A stretch of 63,123 nucleotides of DNA from an uncultured virus (IMG/VR IMGVR_UViG_3300029928_000270) (IMGVR_UViG_3300029928_000270), one strand, 5' to 3'. Counted from the stretch's first letter, positions 37,304-47,265 are shown. Numbers and translations are program-made. Notes: generated by a model not told the origin, from the letters alone.

Positions 37304-38110
37304 ATGTTAAGAAATCAGGTTTTCCCATACTATAGAAAGTATGTTGAGGATTTAGCCAAAGCCTATGAGGTCATAAAAGAGCAGAAGTGTACAGGAACAG
37401 TTGAGGACTTGTGTGCTTTGCGTGGGTATTTGGAGGGTTCAGAGCAGTATAACCTTATGAAAAAGATAGGTATTCAGGCATATAGCATTTTAGATACTTC
37501 AGTTTTAGGTGACAGACGTAAGGAACTTGCCTTAGTATCTGAGGCTGATAATTATCTGTTAGAGGACAGATTTGTTATACCAGTTTCAAGTGCCAGTGGT
37601 GATTTGCTAACTCTAATTGGGTATTATCCCGACTACAGTAAGTATATCACCCTACCTACAAGGTGTTTCAGTAAGAATATATTGTTTTTCAATATAGACC
37701 ATGCGTTGAAAGTTTCATGGCAAACTTACGGAGGAATTGTATTTCTTGTAGAAGGTATATTTGATGCCTTAAGTTTAAGGTCTTTAGGTCTGCCAGCTAT
37801 AGCAACTATGGGTAACAATGTAGGCTTAGTTAAGGCGGAGTTACTTAAAGTGTTCAGAAAGGTAGTTTACATTCCAGATAACGATACAACGGGTCGTAAG
37901 GAATTGGATAGAAATGATAAGAAGCATGGTTGGCGAGTCCCTTTTAATGCAACTGGAATTAAGTTAAAAGGTTGCTATGATAATGATGGAATTACCATAC
38001 CGATAAAGGATATTGATAAAGCAGTATCTTTGTATGATGCTGAGTCATTAGTGGACTTGCTTTTAGGTTTTGCTGAAAGCAAAGAAGAGTATGAAGAACT
38101 GATTTTCTAA
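37304..38110 (+). CDS. DnaG-like TOPRIM primase (no obvious Zn-binding domain)
   Basis: DRFVIP, KY, FLVEGIFDALSL, ATMG, IPDNDTTG, KD. Confidence 0.8.
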   Translation: MLRNQVFPYYRKYVEDLAKAYEVIKEQKCTGTVEDLCALRGYLEGSEQYNLMKKIGIQAYSILDTSVLGDRRKELALVSEADNYLLEDRFVIPVSSASGDLLTLIGYYPDYSKYITLPTRCFSKNILFFNIDHALKVSWQTYGGIVFLVEGIFDALSLRSLGLPAIATMGNNVGLVKAELLKVFRKVVYIPDNDTTGRKELDRNDKKHGWRVPFNATGIKLKGCYDNDGITIPIKDIDKAVSLYDAESLVDLLLGFAESKEEYEELIF

Positions 38111-38229
38111 GTCATGGGTATTTTGAAGATTGGAAGTCAGTAATCGAATGAAACTTGCTTTTCATTTGGGGTATTTCTGCCCTAAGCAAGTTTAATCAGC
38201 TAAGATATTAATGCCGAAAGGCTTTAGTA

Positions 38230-38295
38230 TGGCTCTAACCTATCGAGTCAATAAATGTAGGTCACAATAATACTATACTATTTTATTTAAGGAGG
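38230..38295 (+). promoter_or_regulatory. Predicted H-type pseudoknot + AU-rich operator upstream of SSB gene
   Basis: S1 TGGCTC/GAGTCA, S2 ACCTAT/GTAGGT, then AU-rich tract and AAGGAGG. Confidence 0.55.
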
Positions 38296-38302
38296 AGTTT
38301 CT

Positions 38303-39415
38303 ATGTTAAAGAGACCGGCACCGAAAACGTTACCCAAAGAAGAGGTAGAACAGATTGTCAAGTCAGGACAGGAACTTGTGGCTCAGACAGGCATCATTAA
38401 GTCTTATGATGAGTCTTTCCCCGTGTTCGATATTCCTGCAGGAAACAAGGTACTTGTATATGTGCCTAACCACACCGTTATGACGGCAGAAGGTGTTTCC
38501 AGTATCAGATGTGACCGTTTCCTTGCACATCCTTGCAGAAACGGCAAGCAGTTTGAAACAGTAAGATGTTCAAACGGCACAGTTTCCCCTACACTCCACT
38601 TAGATGGCACTTGCCCTCTTTGCAACAGTGTAGAAAAGTGTTGGGAGTTATACAATGCTCAGTATGCTGACATGTGTCGTGCTAAGGGTATTGATGCTTC
38701 CACCGAAGACGGCTACAAAGCAGCTCAGCCTATCCGTGATGAACTTCGTAGCAAGTTCGCAGTTGGCAAGTCTGAGATGTGGCTGACTTTCCCTATCGTA
38801 GTTATCGAGTGCGAAGAGCGTGACGGTATCGGCACAGGTATCGCAAAGAAAGATGCGAACGGTCGCATCAATGGTAAGGTGTACTTCTACAGCATCAGAG
38901 AGTCTACCTACACCGATAAGTGGGTTAAACCTCTTGACAGTTTGTCCGTAGATTCCGTGATTACCCATCCTGCAGGTACATGGGCAACTCTGAACTATCA
39001 GGTAACTGATAATACAGGTAAAGTTGTTCAGAACCCGAAAGCAAGAGATGCGGCTAAGTCGCTGACAGTTTCCTACAAGCAGATGCCCCCCGAATACAAT
39101 CAGTGGGCAGAGTACTTTGACAAACTGACCGAAGAGTGGACTCCTGAGAAAGCTATGGAAGTTCTCGTTGCTAACCAGCTGAGAAGCATGGACGAAATGG
39201 TAGAAGCAAACGACATCCTCATGAAGAAAACTAATGAGATGCTTGCTCTTATGAGTTCTGCCAACGCTAACAAGATGTTAGCTCCCTCTCAGGTAGCTGG
39301 GGCAATCGAAGGTGGCGCACAGAGCGCAGAAGAAGCCTTATCCAGTTTCGGAGTAGCTCCTGCAACCGCACCGAATGTTGGTGCAGATGCTCCGACAGGA
39401 GTACCTATCAACTAA
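38303..39415 (+). CDS. gp32-like single-stranded DNA-binding protein (tentative)
   Basis: H..C / C...CPLC Zn ligands, low-complexity tail, position between primase and Rad50/Mre11. Confidence 0.55.
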   Translation: MLKRPAPKTLPKEEVEQIVKSGQELVAQTGIIKSYDESFPVFDIPAGNKVLVYVPNHTVMTAEGVSSIRCDRFLAHPCRNGKQFETVRCSNGTVSPTLHLDGTCPLCNSVEKCWELYNAQYADMCRAKGIDASTEDGYKAAQPIRDELRSKFAVGKSEMWLTFPIVVIECEERDGIGTGIAKKDANGRINGKVYFYSIRESTYTDKWVKPLDSLSVDSVITHPAGTWATLNYQVTDNTGKVVQNPKARDAAKSLTVSYKQMPPEYNQWAEYFDKLTEEWTPEKAMEVLVANQLRSMDEMVEANDILMKKTNEMLALMSSANANKMLAPSQVAGAIEGGAQSAEEALSSFGVAPATAPNVGADAPTGVPIN

Positions 39416-39479
39416 GTAGTTGACTTTAGTAAGGCAATACTCTTAATGGGTATTGCCTTATTTCAGTAAAGGAGTAAAT

Positions 39480-40685
39480 ATGGGTATTGAGAACAATGCA
39501 TCTATTTCAGATGATGGTATGAGCAAGCTTGTAAGTTGGGAAGTTTGGAACTTCATGAGTTTTGAGCATGCGAAGTTTGAGTTTGATGATAGAAATATAA
39601 TTGGTATCGTAGGCTACAATAACAGTGGTAAGTCCACTGCATTGAGAGCCTTAGAAGTGAATATGTATAACAGATTTCCTCAGAGCCAGTTGTCTTTCAT
39701 TAAGGACGGCAAAGACTACTTCAGGGTAGTTAGTACATGGTCTGACGGCATCACAATCCTCAGAGATAAGTATGCAAACGGTCAGAGTTTGTATGAAATG
39801 TGGAAAGATGACCAGTGCATATTCACAACAAAGCAGAACGGAGTGTTAACAAAAATTGCTGATGTCCCTTTGTGTATTCAGCAGTATCTTAACTTGGTTA
39901 AGTTAGAGGACTCTTGCCTTAACAGTAGAAGCTGTTTTGAGAAGCAGTTCCTTGTGCAGAGTAGTGGTAGTGAAAACTATTCAGCTTTGAATACCGTTCT
40001 GAAGAGTGAGGAGTTATCACTTGCAAGTTCCCTTGTAAACACTGATAGAAATAAGTTGTCCTCAGACATAGTTGCAGTAAATGCTGAGTACAACGTGTTG
40101 CAGGAAAGATTCAGAGAGGGTATTGGACTTTCAGAAGACTTGATAAAGGCTCTTGAGAGTGCCGATAAATTACTGGATGTTTCTGAAGCAAAGTCAAGTT
40201 CGCTTGTATCCGTTAAGGAAATCACGGAAAATATTGCAAGAATTCCGGTAGTTGCCGAAATGAAGCAGGTGAGTACAGACTCCTTAAATCTGTTATGTCA
40301 GATAAGTGAGTGTGACGTAAAGCTTTCTTCATTGAGGGAAATCCCGCATGTTGGTACAGTTGACAGCAAGCAGTTAGACTTGTTAGCTTCTGTTGTATCT
40401 TGCGACAGTAAGCTGAGGGCAATCCCTACTTATGATAAGTTAGGTAGTGTTGATACTAAGAGGGTGGAAACTCTAATGGGTATTGAAACTATCTTTAAGA
40501 GATTAGCCGAAGTAGAGCAGGAAACCGAACGGGTAGATGAAAGACTTGTAAAACTTGCTGAGGAGTCTAAGACTTTAGGTCAGCAGTTAAAGGAGTTTGG
40601 TGTTAGGACAGTTAAGTGTAAGAACTGTGGAGCATTAGTTGAAGTTGGAGGTGGCGTAGATGCAGAACAATGCGGTTGTGTGTAA
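39480..40685 (+). CDS. SbcC/Rad50-like ATPase, N-terminal half (Walker A to zinc hook)
   Basis: NFMSF, GYNNSGKS, coiled coil, ends at CKNCG. Confidence 0.8.
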   Translation: MGIENNASISDDGMSKLVSWEVWNFMSFEHAKFEFDDRNIIGIVGYNNSGKSTALRALEVNMYNRFPQSQLSFIKDGKDYFRVVSTWSDGITILRDKYANGQSLYEMWKDDQCIFTTKQNGVLTKIADVPLCIQQYLNLVKLEDSCLNSRSCFEKQFLVQSSGSENYSALNTVLKSEELSLASSLVNTDRNKLSSDIVAVNAEYNVLQERFREGIGLSEDLIKALESADKLLDVSEAKSSSLVSVKEITENIARIPVVAEMKQVSTDSLNLLCQISECDVKLSSLREIPHVGTVDSKQLDLLASVVSCDSKLRAIPTYDKLGSVDTKRVETLMGIETIFKRLAEVEQETERVDERLVKLAEESKTLGQQLKEFGVRTVKCKNCGALVEVGGGVDAEQCGCV

Positions 40686-41688
40686 TAACTTGCTTATTGT
40701 AGGCGATTTACATTTCGATGATACATTTCAGGGTAGACATAAAAATTATGTCAATACCTGCCTTACAACTCTCAAGAAGATTGAAGAGCGTATTGATACT
40801 TCCGATATTGGTTGTTTAGTTCTGTTGGGTGACCTTGTTGGTGTTTCCAGTAGAAACGTTAAGAGTCGTGAAATACTTTCCATTTTATGCTCTTGGTTCA
40901 AGAAGTTAAAGGACAGAGGTGTAAGAGTTATTTCTGTAAGAGGTAATCATGACTTTGGTGATTATCCCGACTTCGAGTTCTTAGTTTCCCTCGGTCTGAT
41001 TGAGACCTCTCAAACCCTTGGTGGGTATTTTGATTATTACGGCAGTGCAGATGCCATTGAACCAGAAGTTCGTTTTCACTTGGTGGACTATGGTATGGAA
41101 GGTCGTAAGTTAGACATTCTTACTGGTGGTCAGGTTACGAACATTGCTTTGACACACAACAACTTCACTATTCAGGGTGTGACAAACTGGTATCAGGCAC
41201 ATGATGGCATCGAGTTAGCTAATCAGACTAATTTCAACGGTATTTACATGGTAATCAATGGGCATATTCATGCTCCGTCACCTGAGATTGCACAGACCGA
41301 TGCAGTTTGGGGTCAGCCTATACTGTTATTTGATTTAGGTTGTCCTACCAGACCCGCCCTTGAGAAGTATACAAGTTGTTGGTTCATGGAGTTCAACTAT
41401 AAAGCAGGAGAGGGCACTTCTTTCAATGCAGTTCCTTTTGAGTTACAGCCTTTGGAAGACGAGTACTTCTTAGATGATGATGACCTTGCAGAGATTGCTG
41501 AAACCCAGGAGCAGGTAGACGAAAAGCAGAGGGTAGAAAATCTTCATGAAATCTTGGGTGAGATTATGGCTTGTAGAATTTCTTCGGGAGATTTAACGGA
41601 ACAGATAAGTCGTATCCCAAATGCTTCAGAGGATGCCAAAAATCTTGCTATATCCTATTTACAAAAAGCCATATTAGAGGTAAAATAA
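40660..41688 (+). CDS. SbcD/Mre11-like metallophosphoesterase nuclease
   Basis: GDLH, LGD, GNHD, THN, GHIH. Confidence 0.88.
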   Translation: MQNNAVVCNNLLIVGDLHFDDTFQGRHKNYVNTCLTTLKKIEERIDTSDIGCLVLLGDLVGVSSRNVKSREILSILCSWFKKLKDRGVRVISVRGNHDFGDYPDFEFLVSLGLIETSQTLGGYFDYYGSADAIEPEVRFHLVDYGMEGRKLDILTGGQVTNIALTHNNFTIQGVTNWYQAHDGIELANQTNFNGIYMVINGHIHAPSPEIAQTDAVWGQPILLFDLGCPTRPALEKYTSCWFMEFNYKAGEGTSFNAVPFELQPLEDEYFLDDDDLAEIAETQEQVDEKQRVENLHEILGEIMACRISSGDLTEQISRIPNASEDAKNLAISYLQKAILEVK

Positions 41689-41748
41689 GGGTATAACAAA
41701 TGTTAATTATAACTGTTAACTTTTGATGTTTTTGAAAGGAGTTTTATA

Positions 41749-42504
41749 ATGAGTTCTTTGGAAGAATTAAGAGGTAGAATTTCCACAGTTAACGCTACCG
41801 TAGCAAAGCTGAATGAACAGCGTAGCAGAAATATGGGTATGCGTGAGACCTTACTCTCTCAGAGAGAGACGGCGGTAAAGCAGTACTTAACTGCTTATGG
41901 TGTTGACCTCAGTAAGGTTAGCATTGAGGAAGAGTTCAATAAGGTAATGGCAGAAAAGAATGCCGAGTTAACCCAGTTGGAGGGTGCTATCAGTGCAATC
42001 AATGCAGGTGATTACGACACAGCAAACAAAATATTGGGTAGTGAGGTTGCTGAACCTGCAAATGAGGTACAGACAGCTCCCGTTCAGGAAGCTATCGCTT
42101 CTGCTCCGAGTGCACCGAGCGTAGCTTCAAGTGAGCCTATTGTTCCAGGTCAGGCAGAGATGCATACACCGCCCACCCAGCCGCAGGTTGCACAGTTTGG
42201 TGCAGTAAGTCCTGCTCCACAGGGAGAAGTAGCACCGCCCCCTACTTTCAACTTCCAGCCTATGAGTGAACCGCCTAAGATGCAGACACCACCTGCACAA
42301 CCTGCAGGAATGGGTATTGCACCTGTTAAGGCAGAACCTGCTGAACCTGCAGTTGCACCGCCCCCTACAATGCATGTTGGTGCGGTAGGTAGTGGCATAA
42401 ACCTCAGTGGTTTGGATTTAAGTGGATTATCTGTACCACTTGAACCTGTAAATAAAGCTACTGACTTCAGTTCAATTCTTGGCGGACAGCCGTTCCAGCC
42501 GTAA
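41749..42504 (+). CDS. coiled-coil protein with Pro/Ala-rich disordered tail
   Basis: AAGGAG RBS; repeated VAPPPT / MxTPPxQP. Confidence 0.65.
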   Translation: MSSLEELRGRISTVNATVAKLNEQRSRNMGMRETLLSQRETAVKQYLTAYGVDLSKVSIEEEFNKVMAEKNAELTQLEGAISAINAGDYDTANKILGSEVAEPANEVQTAPVQEAIASAPSAPSVASSEPIVPGQAEMHTPPTQPQVAQFGAVSPAPQGEVAPPPTFNFQPMSEPPKMQTPPAQPAGMGIAPVKAEPAEPAVAPPPTMHVGAVGSGINLSGLDLSGLSVPLEPVNKATDFSSILGGQPFQP

Positions 42505-42528
42505 GTTAAGGAGAGGGAGGATTAAGCT

Positions 42529-43716
42529 ATGCGTTTAAGTACAAGTTATGAGGTACTTACTGGCACTTTAAGTAACATCGCAAGTGTTGTTGAGGACTCT
42601 TTATCATCTGAAGAGATGAGAAATGTTGTGTTTGCATGTACTGAGGATACCTTACTCATGATTGGTATCAACCAGTTAATCACTTACAGAAAGAAGATTG
42701 AACTGGGTGACTTCAGAGTGGTGTTTGAAGATACGGATAAAAGGAACGAGGATGGCATGTTCTACTTCCAGTTAAACTCCAAGGAGTTGACAGGTTTCTT
42801 AAACTCTTTCAAGGGTATGCGGAAAACGAAGCCGTCAGATGTTATCTTTGAAACAAAGAATGATGGCTTGAAGATTGCTTTAACCGTTGTAGAGGACTCA
42901 CTGTCTGATGCAGAAGTAAAGAACACCTCTGTTTGGGTATTTGATAACCCTCAGATTAACAGAGCTACCTTTGCAGAGTTGTCAAGAAAGTTACCTGCAG
43001 ATGATGCAAACTGGAGTCCAGTTCAGCCAAAGAGTATTCTCTGCTACGTTGCTAATATGTTACCCGTAATGACCAGTGAAGGTAATTCTACACTGTATAA
43101 CATTCTTACTTTTGGCGAGGATTTCGTGGTAGCATTTAATCAGCGGTTTAACACCTTGATGCAGAATGTTTTGCCTGAGGAGTTCAAAGGTATTAGCTTG
43201 AATTACCGTGCAGTTTCCTTTATGAAGAGTGTTATCTGTAATTCTGACATGGTATATGTCAGCAAGACAGAAACCCAGTTGGTATTCAAGACAGATGACT
43301 CAGAAGCCTTTGTTAAGTTTCTTACAAGACTCCCTGCATACAAGGCTTTCGTTGAGAGTTATAAGGAAGACCACGGCATCGTAATCGACCGCCAGTATTT
43401 TAAGGATGTACTTAAGAGACTTGCTCTTGTAAATGAGAACATCACTTTGGTGATTGATGCAAGTAAGGGTAACATTTCAGTAAGCAATACGAAGTTTCAT
43501 CAGAGCATCCCTATCACTCAGTCAAAGGGTATGGAAGAGATGGGAGAAATCCGTCTTAAGGTAAGACCTCAGGTATTCCAGCAGGCTATCATTGGTGATG
43601 ACAGTCAGTTTGGTGACGACCTTTGTGTGTACTTTGTAAAAGGTGACAATGGTGGGTATACTACCATATTCACTGATTTCAGCAAGAGTTGGATGAGTCT
43701 TGCAGTACTTCGTTAG
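42529..43716 (+). CDS. DNA sliding clamp (beta-clamp-like, tentative)
   Basis: 395 aa; three-domain alpha/beta pattern, RLPAYK, IDRQYFKDVLKRLALV. Confidence 0.55.
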   Translation: MRLSTSYEVLTGTLSNIASVVEDSLSSEEMRNVVFACTEDTLLMIGINQLITYRKKIELGDFRVVFEDTDKRNEDGMFYFQLNSKELTGFLNSFKGMRKTKPSDVIFETKNDGLKIALTVVEDSLSDAEVKNTSVWVFDNPQINRATFAELSRKLPADDANWSPVQPKSILCYVANMLPVMTSEGNSTLYNILTFGEDFVVAFNQRFNTLMQNVLPEEFKGISLNYRAVSFMKSVICNSDMVYVSKTETQLVFKTDDSEAFVKFLTRLPAYKAFVESYKEDHGIVIDRQYFKDVLKRLALVNENITLVIDASKGNISVSNTKFHQSIPITQSKGMEEMGEIRLKVRPQVFQQAIIGDDSQFGDDLCVYFVKGDNGGYTTIFTDFSKSWMSLAVLR

Positions 43717-43733
43717 GCATCGGAGGGGTAGAT

Positions 43734-43958
43734 ATGAAAATAATCAAAGAGTGGCATACAAAAGGTGGCGCTATCAGTGCAAGATTTTATTCTTGCACTG
43801 ATAACAATGGAGTAACAGTGTATTTCATTGACATTGAGGGATGTTGTAAAACATATGAGATTGTCCCCAATAAGGACTTGAGAAGTTTCTTGGCATACTG
43901 TAGTGTGTACGGTATCTCCTACAGATATGCAAAGTTCATGTATTCGTACTTCAACTAA
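43734..43958 (+). CDS. small hypothetical protein
   Basis: ATG after GGAGGGG. Confidence 0.5.
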   Translation: MKIIKEWHTKGGAISARFYSCTDNNGVTVYFIDIEGCCKTYEIVPNKDLRSFLAYCSVYGISYRYAKFMYSYFN

Positions 43959-43967
43959 GAAAGAAAG

Positions 43968-44681
43968 GTGGGTATTATGTCGGCTTATAGTTCCGAGATT
44001 TCACGTTTACGCCTTAAGTGGGAACAGCACGAACAGGTAAAGCAGAAGCTGGAAGAGTTAAGTGAGAAAGTTAAGGATATGAACAAGCAGTATGCCGTGT
44101 TTGTAGAAGCACAGCAGTTACTTGGTGTTGTATCTGAGCAGAACACCAATTACGTATTAGATTACGTAACTGGGGTAATCAATAAAACTCTTGCAGAGAT
44201 GTTTCCTTTTGACCCTCAGAAGGTATACTTGGAAAAGACAATGCATGCAGGAAAATATCCTCACATTAAGGTGAAGTTACTTACTTCCAACGGTGAGACC
44301 AGAGACCTTGTTTTACAGTGCGGTACTGGTCAGCGTCAGGTAATTAGTTTCCTTTTTGTGGTATGTCTTATCGAGTTAAGAAAGTGCAGACGTATTCTTC
44401 TGATGGATGAAATTCTCAGTGGTCTACATGTAACAGCAAAGAGGGTAGTTAAGGACATCATGAGGATATTTGCAGAAGAAGGCTTCCAGTTTGTTTTTAT
44501 CGAGCATTCGGGTATGAGTGACTTAGGTAAGACTTACATTGTTGAGAAGCCTGACAATACTGCAACAGCTACTGCACTTGATGGTGAGTATCATAATGAG
44601 GTATTCATATTCAACAGACCTGTCGAAGATGTAGATATGAGTATGCCCGAAGATGACTCAGTTGAGGCGGTTACAGTGTGA
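43968..44681 (+). CDS. SbcC/Rad50-like ATPase, C-terminal half (signature, Walker B, H-loop)
   Basis: Coiled coil, CGTGQRQ, LLMDEILSGLH, FIEH. Confidence 0.8.
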   Translation: MGIMSAYSSEISRLRLKWEQHEQVKQKLEELSEKVKDMNKQYAVFVEAQQLLGVVSEQNTNYVLDYVTGVINKTLAEMFPFDPQKVYLEKTMHAGKYPHIKVKLLTSNGETRDLVLQCGTGQRQVISFLFVVCLIELRKCRRILLMDEILSGLHVTAKRVVKDIMRIFAEEGFQFVFIEHSGMSDLGKTYIVEKPDNTATATALDGEYHNEVFIFNRPVEDVDMSMPEDDSVEAVTV

Positions 44682-44707
44682 TGTATAAATAAATGTGCAA
44701 GGGAAGC

Positions 44708-44759
44708 TTGACTTTGCTTCAGTTGTATGGTATAATTATATCATAAAATTGAAGCAAAG
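44708..44759 (+). promoter_or_regulatory. sigma-A-type promoter inside a 23-bp inverted repeat
   Basis: TTGACT-17-TATAAT; arms 44712-44734 and 44737-44759. Confidence 0.8.
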
Positions 44760-44769
44760 GAGATAGCTT

Positions 44770-45396
44770 ATGAAGAAGTCGAAGGTAGTTGTAGCACTCG
44801 CATCAACAGCCTACTTTGTGGGTATGTTGACATTGGCTCTTAATACAGCCGTAAGTGCGGAAGAAGTAGTTAGTGAGGGTTCTAAACCTGCATCCTCAAC
44901 TTCAGTTCACAAGATTGTGAGTATGAGTGTTGTGGATAGTCTTAAATCCGAAACTGAAGTTCAGTTCTTATCTCTTGAGGATACAGAGAGTGTTATGCAG
45001 GAGGTAGAGGAGTTGGATTTCACAGACCAGTTAGTGGTTTTCGATGTAAATGATTACGAAGACCCAGTAGTTTTCTCGGATTGCCATGTAACAGCGTATG
45101 ACAATTGCAGAAGTTGTTGTGGCGAGTATGCTTGGAAGTATACAACCTCAACGGGTGCAAGACCAACAGAGGGTATCACAGTTGCAGTTGACCCAAAAGT
45201 AATCCCATACGGCTCGATAGTCGAGTTAGACGGACATTTTTACATAGCGCAGGATTGTGGTGGTGCAATAGATGGTATCGAACTTGATGTGTATATCGAG
45301 GATAAAGGCGGTAGACATACGAGATGTTACGAGTTCATGAGAGAACTTGGTCAGGATTACGGAAACGAGATAAGGGTATGGATGCCTAAGCAGTAG
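44770..45396 (+). CDS. secreted 3D-domain (MltA-like) cell-wall protein
   Basis: Signal peptide; VTAY, VAVDP..IPYGS, AQDCGGAI, LDVY. Confidence 0.85.
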   Translation: MKKSKVVVALASTAYFVGMLTLALNTAVSAEEVVSEGSKPASSTSVHKIVSMSVVDSLKSETEVQFLSLEDTESVMQEVEELDFTDQLVVFDVNDYEDPVVFSDCHVTAYDNCRSCCGEYAWKYTTSTGARPTEGITVAVDPKVIPYGSIVELDGHFYIAQDCGGAIDGIELDVYIEDKGGRHTRCYEFMRELGQDYGNEIRVWMPKQ

Positions 45397-45407
45397 TCAG
45401 ACTTCGG

Positions 45408-45442
45408 ATAAGGGAGAGCCTTGCAAGGTTCTCCCTTATTTT
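45408..45442 (+). terminator. Intrinsic terminator
   Basis: ATAAGGGAGAGCCTT/AAGGTTCTCCCTTAT + TTT. Confidence 0.75.
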
Positions 45443-45607
45443 ATGAGTATCTTTTGTAAAGGTAAAGTTCGCTTGGTACTTAGGGACTTTACTTCTGTTT
45501 TATTTTGATTTTCGCTTGATATCCTAAAATTTCTGAAGCAGTATCGGATATTTAGGGTTTTGAGTGTAAAATAAACATTATAGTCTTTGTTTAAGGAGGT
45601 AAAGAAA

Positions 45608-47251
45608 ATGGTTGTAGATGATTCTTGGAGAACGAAGTTTTACATGGACGCAGTCATAGGAATATTACTCTTTGCAGTGATATTGCTTTCAGGTTGCGGA
45701 AAGAAAGCCGATTACACGTCAGAAGTAAGAAAGATGCTGAATGCAGAAACGGGTACGTGGACGGCTGATTGGGAAGTCACTTTAGGTGACAGTGTAACTA
45801 AGCTGGGTATGGAGAAAGTGGTTTTAGGAACTGGGGATGCATCAGTGAGATGCACTTTAGCCATTTCAGATGTTGACAGTGTGGTGTTTAACACCTACAG
45901 GGTATCTGATATGTGGTATCTTGAGTTGAGTACTTTACGTACTTCTCTGTTATCCTGCAAGAATGCTGAGTTAGTGGAGTTAGGAAATAAGTTGCCTAAC
46001 AATATTTCATTTCTCACGTTTGAAGACAGTACACCGATTAAGGATTATCTTGCGGATGCCAGTGAGGACAAAGCAGGTATTGAGGGGGTATTAAATCTTT
46101 CTGAAAGATATGATTTGATATGTAATATGTTACTCGCTGCTTTAGATGGCAACAAAACATTGTCATATAGTTCTGAGAATGGAACTATTACAATGAAGTC
46201 TACTAATGATTTAAGCTCTAATCTGCTCGATGTGTTAGTAAACATTGATAGTTACTATGATAAGTATGCAAAGAACTTAACCTCTTTAGGTTTAGCCAGT
46301 GATTATGAAAGTAAGAGCGGTTTTACTGCTGATAAAGGAAATTTCTTAACAAGTCTTAGTCCTGTTCAGATTAGTTATGAAGTTGCAGGTGCAGAGAGCA
46401 TGAAAGCACAGGCTGAGGGTACTTTATCAGTATTCTCAAGTAAGACTACTGGTGATGAATATGACGGCACTTTTGACATCAGTTGGGTATCTCCTAACTA
46501 TGGAAATTGTAGTGCATCATGCAAGTACTCATACAAGTCTGTTTCTTCAGTAGTTGCTACTGTAAACAGTACGGAGATTGATTTACCTGCTTTTAATGAA
46601 AGCTACTTTGATTTTGATGTAATCTTTGACACTATTTTAAGAGAAGGAAATGTGTTAGGCGGTTGGTACTTAGATGCAGGCAAGAGCACTGGCTCTGAGA
46701 GTGCAGAAGACAAGTTAGCATCCTCAGTAAAGGAAATATTGGGTATTGATTCCACTGCGTCAGCAAGTGATTATATTGCTGAGAATAGTGACTCCGTTGA
46801 AGTAGGTGCTTTAATGACCGTATTGAAGAACGAGTTAGGTGTAGATTTAGGTAGCCCCACTTCAAGTGAAACTGAAGTCACTTCAAGGTATAATGATTTA
46901 TACTTTGAGAGTAATGGTGCAGAGTATACTCTTAGCGTGGATGAGTCAAGAAGTGACAGTTCTTTACTGGTTGTACACTTGAGAGTTCTTAATTCAGCAG
47001 AAGAGCCTTTATCCATTAAGACTAAGGAATTTAAGCTGAAGGATTTAGGTACTAATGTGATTTCAGCAAATGTGAAGACTCAGTTACTTGAAATAAACCC
47101 GGAGTTTGATACATCATTATACTCTGAGGAGTTGGAGATTGGTACTGGTTGCTTTGTAGATACGAATTTGTACTTTGCAGTGCCCGACAGCTTTGGGTAT
47201 CAGGATTTATACTTAGGTGATGACTTGTTTGGCAATCTTGTTAGTTACTAA
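45608..47251 (+). CDS. lipoprotein, Ser-rich, C-terminal Ig-like (DUF4352-like) domain
   Basis: LLSGC lipobox; AAGGAGG RBS. Confidence 0.65.
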   Translation: MVVDDSWRTKFYMDAVIGILLFAVILLSGCGKKADYTSEVRKMLNAETGTWTADWEVTLGDSVTKLGMEKVVLGTGDASVRCTLAISDVDSVVFNTYRVSDMWYLELSTLRTSLLSCKNAELVELGNKLPNNISFLTFEDSTPIKDYLADASEDKAGIEGVLNLSERYDLICNMLLAALDGNKTLSYSSENGTITMKSTNDLSSNLLDVLVNIDSYYDKYAKNLTSLGLASDYESKSGFTADKGNFLTSLSPVQISYEVAGAESMKAQAEGTLSVFSSKTTGDEYDGTFDISWVSPNYGNCSASCKYSYKSVSSVVATVNSTEIDLPAFNESYFDFDVIFDTILREGNVLGGWYLDAGKSTGSESAEDKLASSVKEILGIDSTASASDYIAENSDSVEVGALMTVLKNELGVDLGSPTSSETEVTSRYNDLYFESNGAEYTLSVDESRSDSSLLVVHLRVLNSAEEPLSIKTKEFKLKDLGTNVISANVKTQLLEINPEFDTSLYSEELEIGTGCFVDTNLYFAVPDSFGYQDLYLGDDLFGNLVSY

Positions 47252-47265
47252 GTAGTTGTTTGAAG

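Noticed and set aside
40197..40206. Fifth copy of AGTTCGCTTG
   Set aside because: It lies inside the Rad50 N-half and lacks the AGTAT box at the conserved spacing.
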